Source of the DNA: Anaerolineae bacterium | GTDB taxonomy: Bacteria; Chloroflexota; Anaerolineae; Aggregatilineales; J027 | Length of the DNA stretch: 40,696 bases | NCBI GenBank assembly: GCA_012031655.1 | Contig: JAAUUD010000002.1 | Span: 1-40,696 of the forward strand | Reading direction: 5' to 3' | Shown here: positions 26,988 through 35,698 of the stretch, piece by piece | Position numbering within the stretch: position 1 is the stretch's first letter | How the letters are laid out: every line of letters begins with the position of its first letter | The notes under the pieces: generated by a model | Told to the model about the DNA's origin: nothing | What the model saw: the letters and a program-made list of their open reading frames with translations, nothing else | Database searches by the model: none | Program-made: the position numbers and the translations under genes

Positions 26988-28451
26988 ATGACCGATATCA
27001 ACATTCCGAAGTCCAACAAGGAACTCACGCAGGAAGAAGCCTCTCTGCGGGGCCTGCGCACCCAGGAGAGCTACCTGGAGAAGTATGGCTTTCACTTTCC
27101 CGATGATCACTATGCCTTTCGCACCCGGCCCGGCCTGGATGCGGAAATTGTGGCGGAAATCAGCCACATCAAGCGCGAACCGGCCTGGATGACCGAGTTC
27201 CGCCTGCGGGCGTATGAATCCTTCCTCGAAAAGCCCATGCCCACCTGGGGTGGCGAGATGGAAGGCATCAAGTTTGATGAAATCTACTATTACGTCCGCG
27301 CCACGGATAAGGAAAACATTGCCAACTGGGACGAAGTGCCAGCAGATATCAAGGCGACCTTCGACCGCCTGGGCATTCCAGAAGCGGAACGGCAGTTCCT
27401 GGCTGGGGCTGGGGCACAGTACGAGTCCGAGGTGGTCTATCATAAGGTGCGCGAGGAGCTTGAAGCCCAGGGCGTGATCTTCCTTTCGATGGATGAGGGC
27501 CTGCGCCAGCACGAAGACCTGGTGCGCGAATACTTCGGCAGCGTGATCCCGTATAACGACAACAAATTCGCAGCGCTCAACAGCGCGGTCTGGAGCGGCG
27601 GCAGCTTTATTTACGTGCCCAAGGGCGTGCACGTAGACATGCCCCTTCAGGCTTACTTCCGCATCAACACCGAGAGCATGGGCCAGTTCGAGCGCACGCT
27701 GATCATCGTGGATGAAGGCGCCTCTGTGCATTACGTGGAAGGCTGCACTGCCCCGATTTACAGCAAAAACAGCCTGCACAGCGCTGTGGTGGAAATCGTG
27801 GTGAAGGCAGGTGGAAAATGCCGCTACACCACCATCCAGAACTGGTCAAACAACGTCTTTAACCTGGTAACCAAGCGCGCGATGGCCTATCGCAACGCAA
27901 CTATGGAATGGGTAGACGCCAACCTGGGTAGCCAGCTCACCATGAAGTACCCGGCAGTGTACATGATGGAAGAGGGCGCGCATGGCGAGATCCTCTCGAT
28001 TGCCTTTGCCGGGCGTGGCCAGCACCAGGACGCCGGGGGCAAGGTTGTTCATGTGGCGCCGCACACCACCAGCCGGATCATCAGCAAGTCGATCAGCAAG
28101 GATGGTGGGCGCGCCAGCTATCGCGGGCTGCTGAAGGTGGCCGAAGGAGCACACAACATCCGGAGTAACGTGGTGTGCGACGCCCTGCTGCTGGACGAGG
28201 ATAGCCGCTCGGACACCTACCCCTACATTGAGGTCGAAGAAAAAGACGTGACGATTGGCCACGAAGCCAGCGTCAGCAAGATCGGGGAAGAGCAGCTCTT
28301 CTACCTGATGAGCCGTGGCCTGAGCGAGGACGAAGCCAACGCGCTGATCGTCAACGGCTTCATTGAGCCGCTGGCCAAGGAGCTCCCAATGGAGTACAGC
28401 ATTGAGCTACGCAAGCTGATCGACATCCAGCTGGAAGGCTCGATCGGCTAA
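26988..28451 (+). CDS. sufB: Fe-S cluster assembly scaffold protein SufB
   Basis: Intact 487-aa ORF with an AAGGAG RBS and typical SufB sequence ([21 protein letters not shown]..., [27 protein letters not shown]). Confidence 0.92.
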   Translation: MTDINIPKSNKELTQEEASLRGLRTQESYLEKYGFHFPDDHYAFRTRPGLDAEIVAEISHIKREPAWMTEFRLRAYESFLEKPMPTWGGEMEGIKFDEIYYYVRATDKENIANWDEVPADIKATFDRLGIPEAERQFLAGAGAQYESEVVYHKVREELEAQGVIFLSMDEGLRQHEDLVREYFGSVIPYNDNKFAALNSAVWSGGSFIYVPKGVHVDMPLQAYFRINTESMGQFERTLIIVDEGASVHYVEGCTAPIYSKNSLHSAVVEIVVKAGGKCRYTTIQNWSNNVFNLVTKRAMAYRNATMEWVDANLGSQLTMKYPAVYMMEEGAHGEILSIAFAGRGQHQDAGGKVVHVAPHTTSRIISKSISKDGGRASYRGLLKVAEGAHNIRSNVVCDALLLDEDSRSDTYPYIEVEEKDVTIGHEASVSKIGEEQLFYLMSRGLSEDEANALIVNGFIEPLAKELPMEYSIELRKLIDIQLEGSIG

Positions 28452-28468
28452 GCTGACCTGATGTTGAC

Positions 28469-28509
28469 CATGGTAAGGCTGGGGGTCCCCGTGGCCCGGC
28501 CTTACCATG
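28469..28509 (+). other. Strong GC-rich hairpin in the sufB-sufD spacer
   Basis: CATGGTAAGGC (28469-28479) pairs perfectly with GCCTTACCATG (28499-28509). The stem is extended by t80.g98, g81-c97, g82-c96 and g83-c95, leaving an 11-nt loop. A T-rich tract begins only about 30 nt downstream. Confidence 0.6.
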
Positions 28510-28587
28510 CCCCGCTGGATAGGGAAGGGCGCCACGCTCTTTTCTTTTTGATACCTGAACTTTGATTAACCCGCAGGAGATGCACCC

Positions 28588-29940
28588 GTGACGACACGGA
28601 CACGCCGTACGAAAGCATTTAGCGCGCCGCCCTTCACCTGGGCAGAGGTCGAGGCGCGTTCTGTGGCGATGGGCGAGCTAGAATGGTTGCGTGCCATGCG
28701 CCAGCAAGCCTGGGCCACCTACGAAAGCCTGCCCATGCCCACCACCAACGATGAACCCTGGCGCCGCACGGACTACCGCCATATCCGTTGGGAGTCCGCC
28801 GGGCAGTTGACCGATGGCAGCGGCGCCAGCGTGGAAGCCATCCCCGCCGAAAACCGCGCTCCGCTGATCGGGGATGTGCAGGGGGGGCTGATTGCCTGGG
28901 TGGATGGCACCCTGGTGCATTATGAGGTTGACCCATCGCTGACCGCCCAGGGGGTAGTCTTTCAGGATTTGCGCCAGGCCGCGCTGGAGCACCCTGAGTT
29001 GGTGCAGAAGCACCTGTTTACCCATGCGGTGCTGCCAGACGAGGGCAAGTTTGCGGCGCTCAATGCCGCTGCCTGGACCTACGGCCTGTTTGTTTATGTG
29101 CCTAAGAATGTTCACGTCGAGTTGCCGCTGCACAGCATTTTTTACAACACGCAACTGGGCGCTTCGGTGGGGCATGTGCTCATTGTGCTGGACCGTGGCG
29201 CCAGCGCCACCGTGTTGCAAGAGTTCCTCTCGCCGGATGGCGACGACCACGCCAGCTACATCGGGGCTACTGAGTTGCTGGTGGGGCAGGCGGCCAACCT
29301 TAAGTACGTGGGCCTGCAAAATTGGGGCCACCACACCTTTGAGTTCAGCCACCAGCGCGGGCGCGTGGAGCGCGATGGCCAGCTGGATTGGGTGGTGGGG
29401 ACAATGGGCGGCAAGCTCACCAAAGCCTTTTTGGAAATTTACCTGGATGGCCCCGGCGCATGGAGCCGCATGAGCGGCATGTACTTTGCGGACGGCACCC
29501 AGATGATTGACCACGACACCCTGCAGGTGCACAATGCGCCAAACACCACCTCGGACCTGCTCTTTAAAGGGGCGCTGACGCAAGAAGCGCGGAGTGTCTG
29601 GCAGGGCATGATCCGTGTGGTGAAGGATGCGCAGAATTCCGACGGGTTCCAGGCCAACCGCAACCTGATGGTGCGGCCCACCGCCCGTGCGGATAGCATC
29701 CCGGGGCTGGAAATCGAAGCGGACGATGTGCGCTGCACCCATGCGGCTACCGTCGGCCAACTGGATGAAGAGCCGGTCTTTTACCTGGAATCGCGGGGTA
29801 TTCCACGTCAGGAGGCCGAACGGCTCATCGTGAATGGGTACTTCTGGGATGTGCTGGAGCGCATTCCATTTCAGGATGTGCAGAACCGCCTGCTGGCGGA
29901 TGTGGACTATAAGTTCCTGGTTGGTTGGCAACCGGACTAA
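28588..29940 (+). CDS. sufD: Fe-S cluster assembly protein SufD
   Basis: Intact 450-aa ORF with a GTG start after the RBS GCAGGAGA. It is a SufB paralogue-type sequence (FAALNAAAWTYGLFVYVPKNV..., THAATVGQLDEEPVFYLESRGIPRQEAERLIVNGY). Confidence 0.88.
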   Translation: MTTRTRRTKAFSAPPFTWAEVEARSVAMGELEWLRAMRQQAWATYESLPMPTTNDEPWRRTDYRHIRWESAGQLTDGSGASVEAIPAENRAPLIGDVQGGLIAWVDGTLVHYEVDPSLTAQGVVFQDLRQAALEHPELVQKHLFTHAVLPDEGKFAALNAAAWTYGLFVYVPKNVHVELPLHSIFYNTQLGASVGHVLIVLDRGASATVLQEFLSPDGDDHASYIGATELLVGQAANLKYVGLQNWGHHTFEFSHQRGRVERDGQLDWVVGTMGGKLTKAFLEIYLDGPGAWSRMSGMYFADGTQMIDHDTLQVHNAPNTTSDLLFKGALTQEARSVWQGMIRVVKDAQNSDGFQANRNLMVRPTARADSIPGLEIEADDVRCTHAATVGQLDEEPVFYLESRGIPRQEAERLIVNGYFWDVLERIPFQDVQNRLLADVDYKFLVGWQPD

Positions 29941-29956
29941 CTCAGGGTAGAGTAAG

Positions 29957-29983
29957 GGCGCTTCGTGAAGAAGCGTCTTTTTT
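29957..29983 (+). terminator. Intrinsic terminator after sufD
   Basis: GGCGCTTC, loop GTGAA, GAAGCGTC forms an 8-bp stem (with one G.U pair) followed by T6 (29978-29983). Confidence 0.65.
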
Positions 29984-30057
29984 CCTGGTTGGTGCCATAA
30001 GCGCTGGCTTATCAAGTCCATAAGTAAAGTCTAATGTCAGAAAGGGTAGCAAGGACG

Positions 30058-30909
30058 ATGACCAACAAGGGCTATGCCGTCCCCGAAGCACTGGTATCGA
30101 CGCAGTGGGTGGCGGAGAACCTGAATAACCCGAACGTGCGGTTGGTGGAAAGCAACGAAGACACGCTGCTCTACGCACAGGGGCACATCCCCAGTGCTGT
30201 GCATATCGACTGGGCCAAAGACCTCAACGACCAGGTCCGTCGCGACTACCTGAGCAAAGAGGCGTTCGAGCAACTGATGGCTGCTAACGGCATCAGCAAC
30301 GATACGACCGTGGTGTTCTATGGCGACAAGAACAACTGGTGGGCGGCTTATGCCTTCTGGGTGTTTAAGCTGTTTGGGCACAAGGATGTGCGCTTGATGG
30401 ACGGCGGGCGCCTGAAGTGGGGAGCAGAGAGCCGCGAGATGACCCGCGAGGTGCCCAGCTATCCCCAGGGGACCTACAAAGCGCAGGCACGCACTGATTA
30501 CAAGATTCGTGCCTTCCGTGACCAGGTGCTGGCCCATGTGAACCAGAGCGGCCCGCTGGTGGATGTGCGTAGCCCGGGCGAGTTCAGTGGCGAGTTGCTG
30601 CACATGCCCAACTACCCGCAGGAAGGCGCGCTACGCGGTGGGCACATCCCTGGGGCGCGGAACATCCCCTGGGCGCGGGCGGCCAATGAAGACGGGACCT
30701 TTAAGAGTGCCGATGACCTGCGCGTGATTTATGAGCAGGAGCAGGGTTTTAACTCTGATCAGGATGTTATCGCCTATTGCCGGATTGGGGAGCGGAGTTC
30801 GCATACCTGGTTTGTGCTGACCTACCTGTTGGGCTACCCCAGCGTCCGCAACTACGACGGCAGTTGGACGGAATGGGGCAACAGTGTCGGCGTGCCGATT
30901 GAGAAGTAA
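30058..30909 (+). CDS. Two-domain rhodanese (thiosulfate sulfurtransferase, CysA/SseA-like)
   Basis: The active-site loop [13 protein letters not shown] is followed by [10 protein letters not shown]. The tandem rhodanese architecture closely resembles actinobacterial CysA-type enzymes. The alternative start at ATG 30034 lacks an RBS. Confidence 0.85.
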   Translation: MTNKGYAVPEALVSTQWVAENLNNPNVRLVESNEDTLLYAQGHIPSAVHIDWAKDLNDQVRRDYLSKEAFEQLMAANGISNDTTVVFYGDKNNWWAAYAFWVFKLFGHKDVRLMDGGRLKWGAESREMTREVPSYPQGTYKAQARTDYKIRAFRDQVLAHVNQSGPLVDVRSPGEFSGELLHMPNYPQEGALRGGHIPGARNIPWARAANEDGTFKSADDLRVIYEQEQGFNSDQDVIAYCRIGERSSHTWFVLTYLLGYPSVRNYDGSWTEWGNSVGVPIEK

Positions 30910-30934
30910 GCGAGCGGGTATGCTAGTCTGGGTC

Positions 30935-30965
30935 AACAGAGCGCTTCGGCGCTCTGTTTGGTTTC
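30935..30965 (+). terminator. Intrinsic terminator after the rhodanese gene
   Basis: AACAGAGCGC, loop TTCG, GCGCTCTGTT forms a 10-bp stem followed by TGGTTTC. Confidence 0.7.
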
Positions 30966-31035
30966 ATTGATCACCTGTACGGCTAAGCATGTTCTCGTAA
31001 ACTGGAGGGAGCGCGGTTAACAAGGAGCATAACCC

Positions 31036-31935
31036 ATGAGTTTGCGTCGGTTGAGCAGCATTCTGGCTGGGCCAGCCGGGTTGGTGATTCTCTTATTCTT
31101 TTTCCTGCCCTGGGTCACGGTCTCCTGTGCGGGCACCGATTTTCTGGAAGGCAGCGGCTACGACCTGGCGCAGGGTTTTGATGAAGACAACATCGCGGTG
31201 GTGGACTTTAGCGAGCTTGGCCTGCCGCAGGATGCAAGTGCAGAGGGCGAAGCCAGCCTTACGCTAAGCCAGACAGACGATGGCAACGCCTTTGAGGCAG
31301 ATGCCTTTTTGTATCTCATCCCGGCATTCGGGGTGTTTGCGGCGCTGCTGGCCGGGTTAAGCATCTTTGAAGTGCGGATCATCAACACGGTGACCGCCCT
31401 GGGCTTGCTGGTGCTGCCGGGCTTGCTTGGGTTGGGGTTGATGGCGCTTAAGTACAGCGCGCTGGACTCTGACGTGGACCAGATGAACGAAGAAGCAATG
31501 GCCGCACAACAGGCAACCTCGCCAGAAGACGCGCAGAGTATGGAACAGTTCGAGCTGCTGACCGGGCAAGCCCTGAGTAGCACGCTGGGGGTGCAGCTGG
31601 AGCTGGAAATTGGCTGGTGGGCAACGGTGCTTGGGCTGGTTGGGCTGTTTGTGGCAGGGGTGATGGGCTTTCTGGCGCCGCCGGAGTCGGTGCTGCAGGC
31701 GCAGGCACCGCTGCAAACGCTCACCAACACCAGCAGCCCGGCAATGCCAGGCTTTGAGGGCGTCTCCTCTCCCTTTGCGCCGCCCTCTGAGCAGGAGGTC
31801 CGCGCTAAGCTGCTGGAGGCGCGTACTCTGGTGCAAAATCGCGATTACGGTGCAGCCCGCGCCATTCTGGTTGGCTTGGACCACCCTACAGCGCGCGAAT
31901 GGCTGACCAAACTGGATGAACGCCTGGGCCGCTAG
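31036..31935 (+). CDS. Hypothetical multi-pass membrane protein (about 4 TM) with a helical C-terminal tail
   Basis: Intact 299-aa ORF with an AAGGAG RBS. Hydrophobic segments include GLVILLFFFLPWV, LYLIPAFGVFAALLAGL, ALGLLVLPGLLGLGLMAL and WWATVLGLVGLFVAGVMGFL. An acidic loop and the tail ...ARAILVGLDHPTAREWLTKLDERL complete it. I recognise no family. Confidence 0.6.
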   Translation: MSLRRLSSILAGPAGLVILLFFFLPWVTVSCAGTDFLEGSGYDLAQGFDEDNIAVVDFSELGLPQDASAEGEASLTLSQTDDGNAFEADAFLYLIPAFGVFAALLAGLSIFEVRIINTVTALGLLVLPGLLGLGLMALKYSALDSDVDQMNEEAMAAQQATSPEDAQSMEQFELLTGQALSSTLGVQLELEIGWWATVLGLVGLFVAGVMGFLAPPESVLQAQAPLQTLTNTSSPAMPGFEGVSSPFAPPSEQEVRAKLLEARTLVQNRDYGAARAILVGLDHPTAREWLTKLDERLGR

Positions 31936-32011
31936 GCGCGGATTGGCACCTTGCCCCAGTTTGACTGGGCAAGGTACGATGGAAAGGCACGAAGGATAAG
32001 GAAGGTGCCAG

Positions 32012-32446
32012 ATGGCCGAGATGCCGCAGGAACTCAAAGACATCCTGCTGGACTTTGAAATGGTGGGCGCCAGTGACCGCCCCATGTATCTGATTGACTA
32101 CTCGGATCGCTTTCATGCGGTGCCAGAGCGCATCGTACAGCGGCCTTTTCCAGAAGAACACCACGTCAAAGAGTGCGAGTCTGATGCGTACGTGTTTTTT
32201 GAACCGCGCGAGGATGGCACCCTGAACTTCTACTTTGCCGTAGAGAACCCGCAAGGGGTCTCTGCACGGGCGTTTTCCAAAATCTTGCAGGATGCGCTTT
32301 CGGGCAAGTCCAGTGCCGAAATTGAAGCCGTGCCCGATAAAATCGTGATGGACCTCTTCGGGAGCGGTATTTCGATGGGCAAGGGGCTGGGTTTGCAGGG
32401 CATTCTGCGTATGGTGAAATATTTTGCACGTGAACATGGCCGTTAG
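32012..32446 (+). CDS. sufE: SufE-like sulfur acceptor protein
   Basis: The 144-aa ORF has the SufE/CsdE layout: ...[10 protein letters not shown]......[15 protein letters not shown]... (Cys in the G-C-x-S-like loop) and ...[17 protein letters not shown]. Confidence 0.7.
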   Translation: MAEMPQELKDILLDFEMVGASDRPMYLIDYSDRFHAVPERIVQRPFPEEHHVKECESDAYVFFEPREDGTLNFYFAVENPQGVSARAFSKILQDALSGKSSAEIEAVPDKIVMDLFGSGISMGKGLGLQGILRMVKYFAREHGR

Positions 32447-32484
32447 CGGTCAGGGTTGTGCAACAAAGCACAGGAGGTACCCCC

Positions 32485-33712
32485 ATGCCCTTTGATATTG
32501 AACAAGTCCGGGCGGATTTTCCCGCGCTGCATCAGGAAGTGCATCCCGGCAAACCGCTGGTTTTTCTGGATAGCGCCGCCAGCAGTCAGAAGCCCGCCAG
32601 GTGATCGCCGCGCTGGACCACTACTACCAGAACGACCATGCTAACGTGCATCGTGGGGTGCATACCCTCAGCGAGCGCGCCACCGCTGCCTACGAAGCCG
32701 CGCGGACAAGGTGCAGGCGTTCATCAATGCGCGTTCGCGGCAAGAGGTGATCTTTACCCGCAATGCAACCGAGGCGCTTAACCTGGTGGCGGCCACCTGG
32801 GGCCGGACCAACCTGGGGCCAGGCGATACGGTGGTGCTGACGGAGTTAGAGCACCATAGCAACATTCGTCCCCTGGCAGATTTTGCAGGCAGAAAAAGGC
32901 TTTGCCCTGCGCTACATCCCGGTTTTGCCGAACTTTACCCTGGACCTGGACGCGCTGCGTGGCTGGCTGGCGGCGGAAAACGTAAAGCTGCTTGCCCTGG
33001 CGCATGTGAGCAACGTCCTGGGCACGGTCACGCCGCTGGCGGAGGTTGTGCAGATGGCCCATGCTGCCGGGGCGGTGGTGGTGGCGGATGGCGCACAGAG
33101 TGTGCCGCACCTGCCAGTCGATGTCCAGGCGTTGGACGTGGACTTTCTGGCCTTTAGCGGGCACAAGATGTGCGGCCCCACCGGCATTGGCATCCTCTAT
33201 GGCAAGCGCGCCTTGTTGGAGGCCATGCCCCCCTACATGGGTGGTGGCGATATGATCCGCCGGGTGACGCTGGATGGCTCCACCTGGAATGATTTGCCCT
33301 ACAAGTTCGAAGCCGGAACGCCCGCCATTGCCGAAGCCATTGGCCTGGGCGCGGCGGTGGACTATCTGCAAAGCGTGGGCATGGCCGAGCTTCAGCCTAC
33401 GAGCACACGCTGGTGGAATATGCCCACGAGCGCCTGTCAGAAATCCCTGGGTTGACGTTGTTGGCGCCGCCGGAAGGGCAGCGCAATGGCGTGGCTACCT
33501 TTACTTTGCACGATGCCCACCCGCACGACATCGCGCAGATTCTGGATTATGAAGGGATTGCCATTCGTGCTGGGCACCACTGCGCGATGCCACTGCACCA
33601 GAAGCTCCAGCTTCCGGCCACCTCGCGCGCCAGCTTTTACCTGTACAACACGCGGGCCGAAGTCGATCAACTGGCGGCGGGCTTGCTCAAAGCCGCCGCG
33701 GTTTTCGCCTGA
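32485..33712 (+). CDS. sufS: Cysteine desulfurase SufS (type II); four frame breaks near 32595, 32703, 32867 and 33395
   Basis: The reconstructed sequence is [82 protein letters not shown]...[17 protein letters not shown]...[20 protein letters not shown]...[19 protein letters not shown]...[11 protein letters not shown].... It contains the PLP lysine (SGHK) and the catalytic Cys (GHHCA). Confidence 0.9.
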
Positions 33713-33738
33713 AAGACCCGCAGGAGGGCCAGTGTCTT

Positions 33739-34133
33739 ATGTTCGATATGTATCAGGAAAACATCCTGGAGCATGCCCGGCATCGCCGTAACTGGGGGCT
33801 GCTCCATGAGTACGATTATCACGCCCCACGACGATAATCCGCTGTGTGGGGGATGAGCTGGAAATCACGCTGAAGGTCGATGCGGACGAGCGCGTGGTGG
33901 GCGTGGGCTGGCAGGGGCAGGGTTGTGCCATCAGCCAGGCAGCGGCCAGCATGCTGGGGGAAGAATTGCTGGGCAAGACGCTTGCAGAGGTCAAAGCCCT
34001 GGATAAAGAGATGCTGCTGGAGATGATCGGCATCCCCCTGAGCATGAACCGCCTGAAGTGTGCCTTGCTCTCTCTGAAGGTGGTCAAGGCGGCGGCTTAT
34101 GGCTTGGACCGCTGGGAGGACCCCGGCGCGTAG
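33739..34133 (+). CDS. sufU: SufU-type (IscU/NifU N-terminal-like) sulfur acceptor/scaffold; frame broken at C4 33824-33827 and G5 33848-33852
   Basis: MFDMYQENILEHARHRRNWGLLHEYDYHAP joins HDDNPLCG, which joins DELEITLKVDADERVVGVGWQGQGCAISQAAASML...MNRLKCALLSLKVV. The three conserved Cys and the GCAIS insertion are typical of SufU. Confidence 0.8.
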
Positions 34134-34186
34134 GTGCAACCGGACAATTGACCCTTGCTAAAATCCGCAAAAAAGGTTAAATTTAA

Positions 34187-34214
34187 TTTACCTGATTTAA
34201 CCTGGAATTTACCA
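34187..34214 (+). repeat. Three phased TTTA(A)CC direct repeats in the most AT-rich spacer of the window
   Basis: TTTACCTG (34187-34194), TTTAACCTG (34196-34204) and TTTACCA (34208-34214) are spaced about 9-12 nt apart. They are preceded by the palindromic TTAAATTTAA and lie 20-50 nt upstream of the HTH-CHAD start. Confidence 0.5.
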
Positions 34215-34234
34215 TAGAGCTGGGAGAGCAAGGT

Positions 34235-35639
34235 ATGGAGCCTCAAGGAGCGCCGGAAACCGCGCTGCAACGTCTTCTTGACCACCCGCAGGTCTACGTT
34301 CGCAATCGTGCCGCCATCGTCGTGCTCACGGAGCAAGGATGGACGGTTGAACAGATTGCCGCTGAAGTGGGCGTTAGCCCCAAAACCGTTGAAAAGTGGC
34401 AGGCAGCCTGGTCAGAAGATGGGATGAACATCTTCCCTGGCGGCGATGACACCGAGGATAACCGTGCCAAGGAACCTGGAGACGCGCCAAAGGATGAACC
34501 TGAGGCTGAAGTGCCTGCTGTGACCCTGGACGATAATCTGGAGGAGGCGCCGGTCATTGGCCTGGCCTTAACGCCGGATGTTTTCTATATCCCGGTTGGC
34601 CTGGCCGAAGACGCCTATGGCTCGGACACGCTGATGGATGTGGCAGAAGCGATGGAAGCTGCTCCTCAAGAAGTGCCAGAGCCACCGCGCGATTGGTTGG
34701 CGGTGCTCAGTTTCCCGCGCAGCGTACCTCTAGCGCCCACCGATGCGATGGGCGAGGCTGGCCGACGCATTCTGCTGGGTCAACTGGCAGACATGCTGCG
34801 CCAGGAGCCCGTTGCACGCCTGGGGGAAGATAGCGAAGGGGTGCACAAGATGCGGTGGCCACCGCCGAATGCGGAGTGTCTATGGCACCTTTGGCGGTTA
34901 TTTCGATAGCGCTTACTCCCGCAAAATCAAGGCGCCGCTGCGCTACACTGCCCAAACGCTGGGGGCAGTGCGTGATCTGGATGTGTTTCAAGCCAAGACC
35001 TGGCGCTACATCGACGCTGAACTGGGGGGCAATCCGACCTCGCTGAAGCCGCTGCTGCGCGGCATCGCCCGACGGCAGGAGGTGGCACGGTTGGCATTGG
35101 TTGAGTGGTTCGATAGCCGTAAGTATACGCGCTTTGTCGAGCGTTTTCATGCTGTGCTCAGCCAACCCCACGCGCTGCCGGTTGCTTCGATTGATGGCAA
35201 CGGTCCACGCAGCACCCGCGTTGACCATGTGCTGCCGACCCTGCTTTACGAACGCTGGGAAGCGGTACGCCGCTACGAAGATTTCATTGCAACTGCCAGC
35301 GTGCCCACCCTGCACGAGCTGCGCATCGAGTTCAAGCGCCTGCGCTATAGCCTGGAGTTCTTTGAGGATGTGTTAGGCCAAAGCGCGGGTATGCTCATCC
35401 GGAGGGTGAAGGAAGCCCAGGACCATCTGGGTGATATGAATGACGCGCAGGTGGCTGTTAGCTTTTTGCGCGTGGTGGGCAAGGCTCTGCCCAAGGACGA
35501 ACGGAGCGGTATCCGCGCCTACCGGGACTACCGCCAGGCCGAAATGGACACGCTGGTGGCGACTTTCCCGCAGATGTGGGAGCGCTTCAACGCGCCCAAG
35601 AACCGCGAAGCTCTGGGGCTGGCGGTCGCGGCCATTTAG
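34235..35639 (+). CDS. CHAD-domain protein with an N-terminal IS630-type HTH and an acidic linker; frame broken near 34853-34865
   Basis: The HTH reads VYVRNRAAIVVLTEQGWTVEQIAAEVGVSPKTVEKWQAAWSEDGMNIF. The CHAD motifs read EGVHKMR / RRMRSVYGTFGGYF...LGAVRDLDVF...LHELRIEFKRLRYSLEFF...AQDHLGDMNDAQV. ORFs 34235..34909 and 34743..35639 join at the HKMR-RRMR helix. Confidence 0.75.
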
Positions 35640-35698
35640 GGGTGTTGCGCGTTTGCGCAAGGGCCGGGCGGGCGGGCAGATGCCCGCCCGGTTTGGCC

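Noticed and set aside
28678-30021. A 447-aa ORF antisense to sufD. Similar long shadow ORFs lie opposite other genes: 26757-27779 opposite sufB, 10819-11673 opposite glycerate kinase, 12078-12809 and 12700-13530 opposite the aminotransferase and ATPase, 5888-6706 opposite the PstS-like gene, 8282-8914 and 8982-9791 opposite the ABC1 kinase, 17756-18454 opposite flotillin, and 39672-40481 opposite the membrane protein.
   Set aside because: Each lies opposite a gene with strong conserved motifs. Their translations are Arg/Gly/Pro/Ala/His-rich with no recognisable motif, no RBS and no start context. Long stop-free antisense frames are expected in GC-rich DNA.
31949-31974. A hairpin after the 4-TM gene (CCTTGCCC(C)AG ... 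CTGGGCAAGG), considered as a terminator.
   Set aside because: The stem is bulged and has no T-tract. It is more likely a simple secondary structure upstream of sufE, so it is left unannotated.
34235-34440. An IS630-like transposase N-terminal HTH that could mark a mobile element.
   Set aside because: No DDE catalytic domain, no terminal inverted repeats and no target duplication are visible. The ORF continues into an acidic linker and a CHAD domain.
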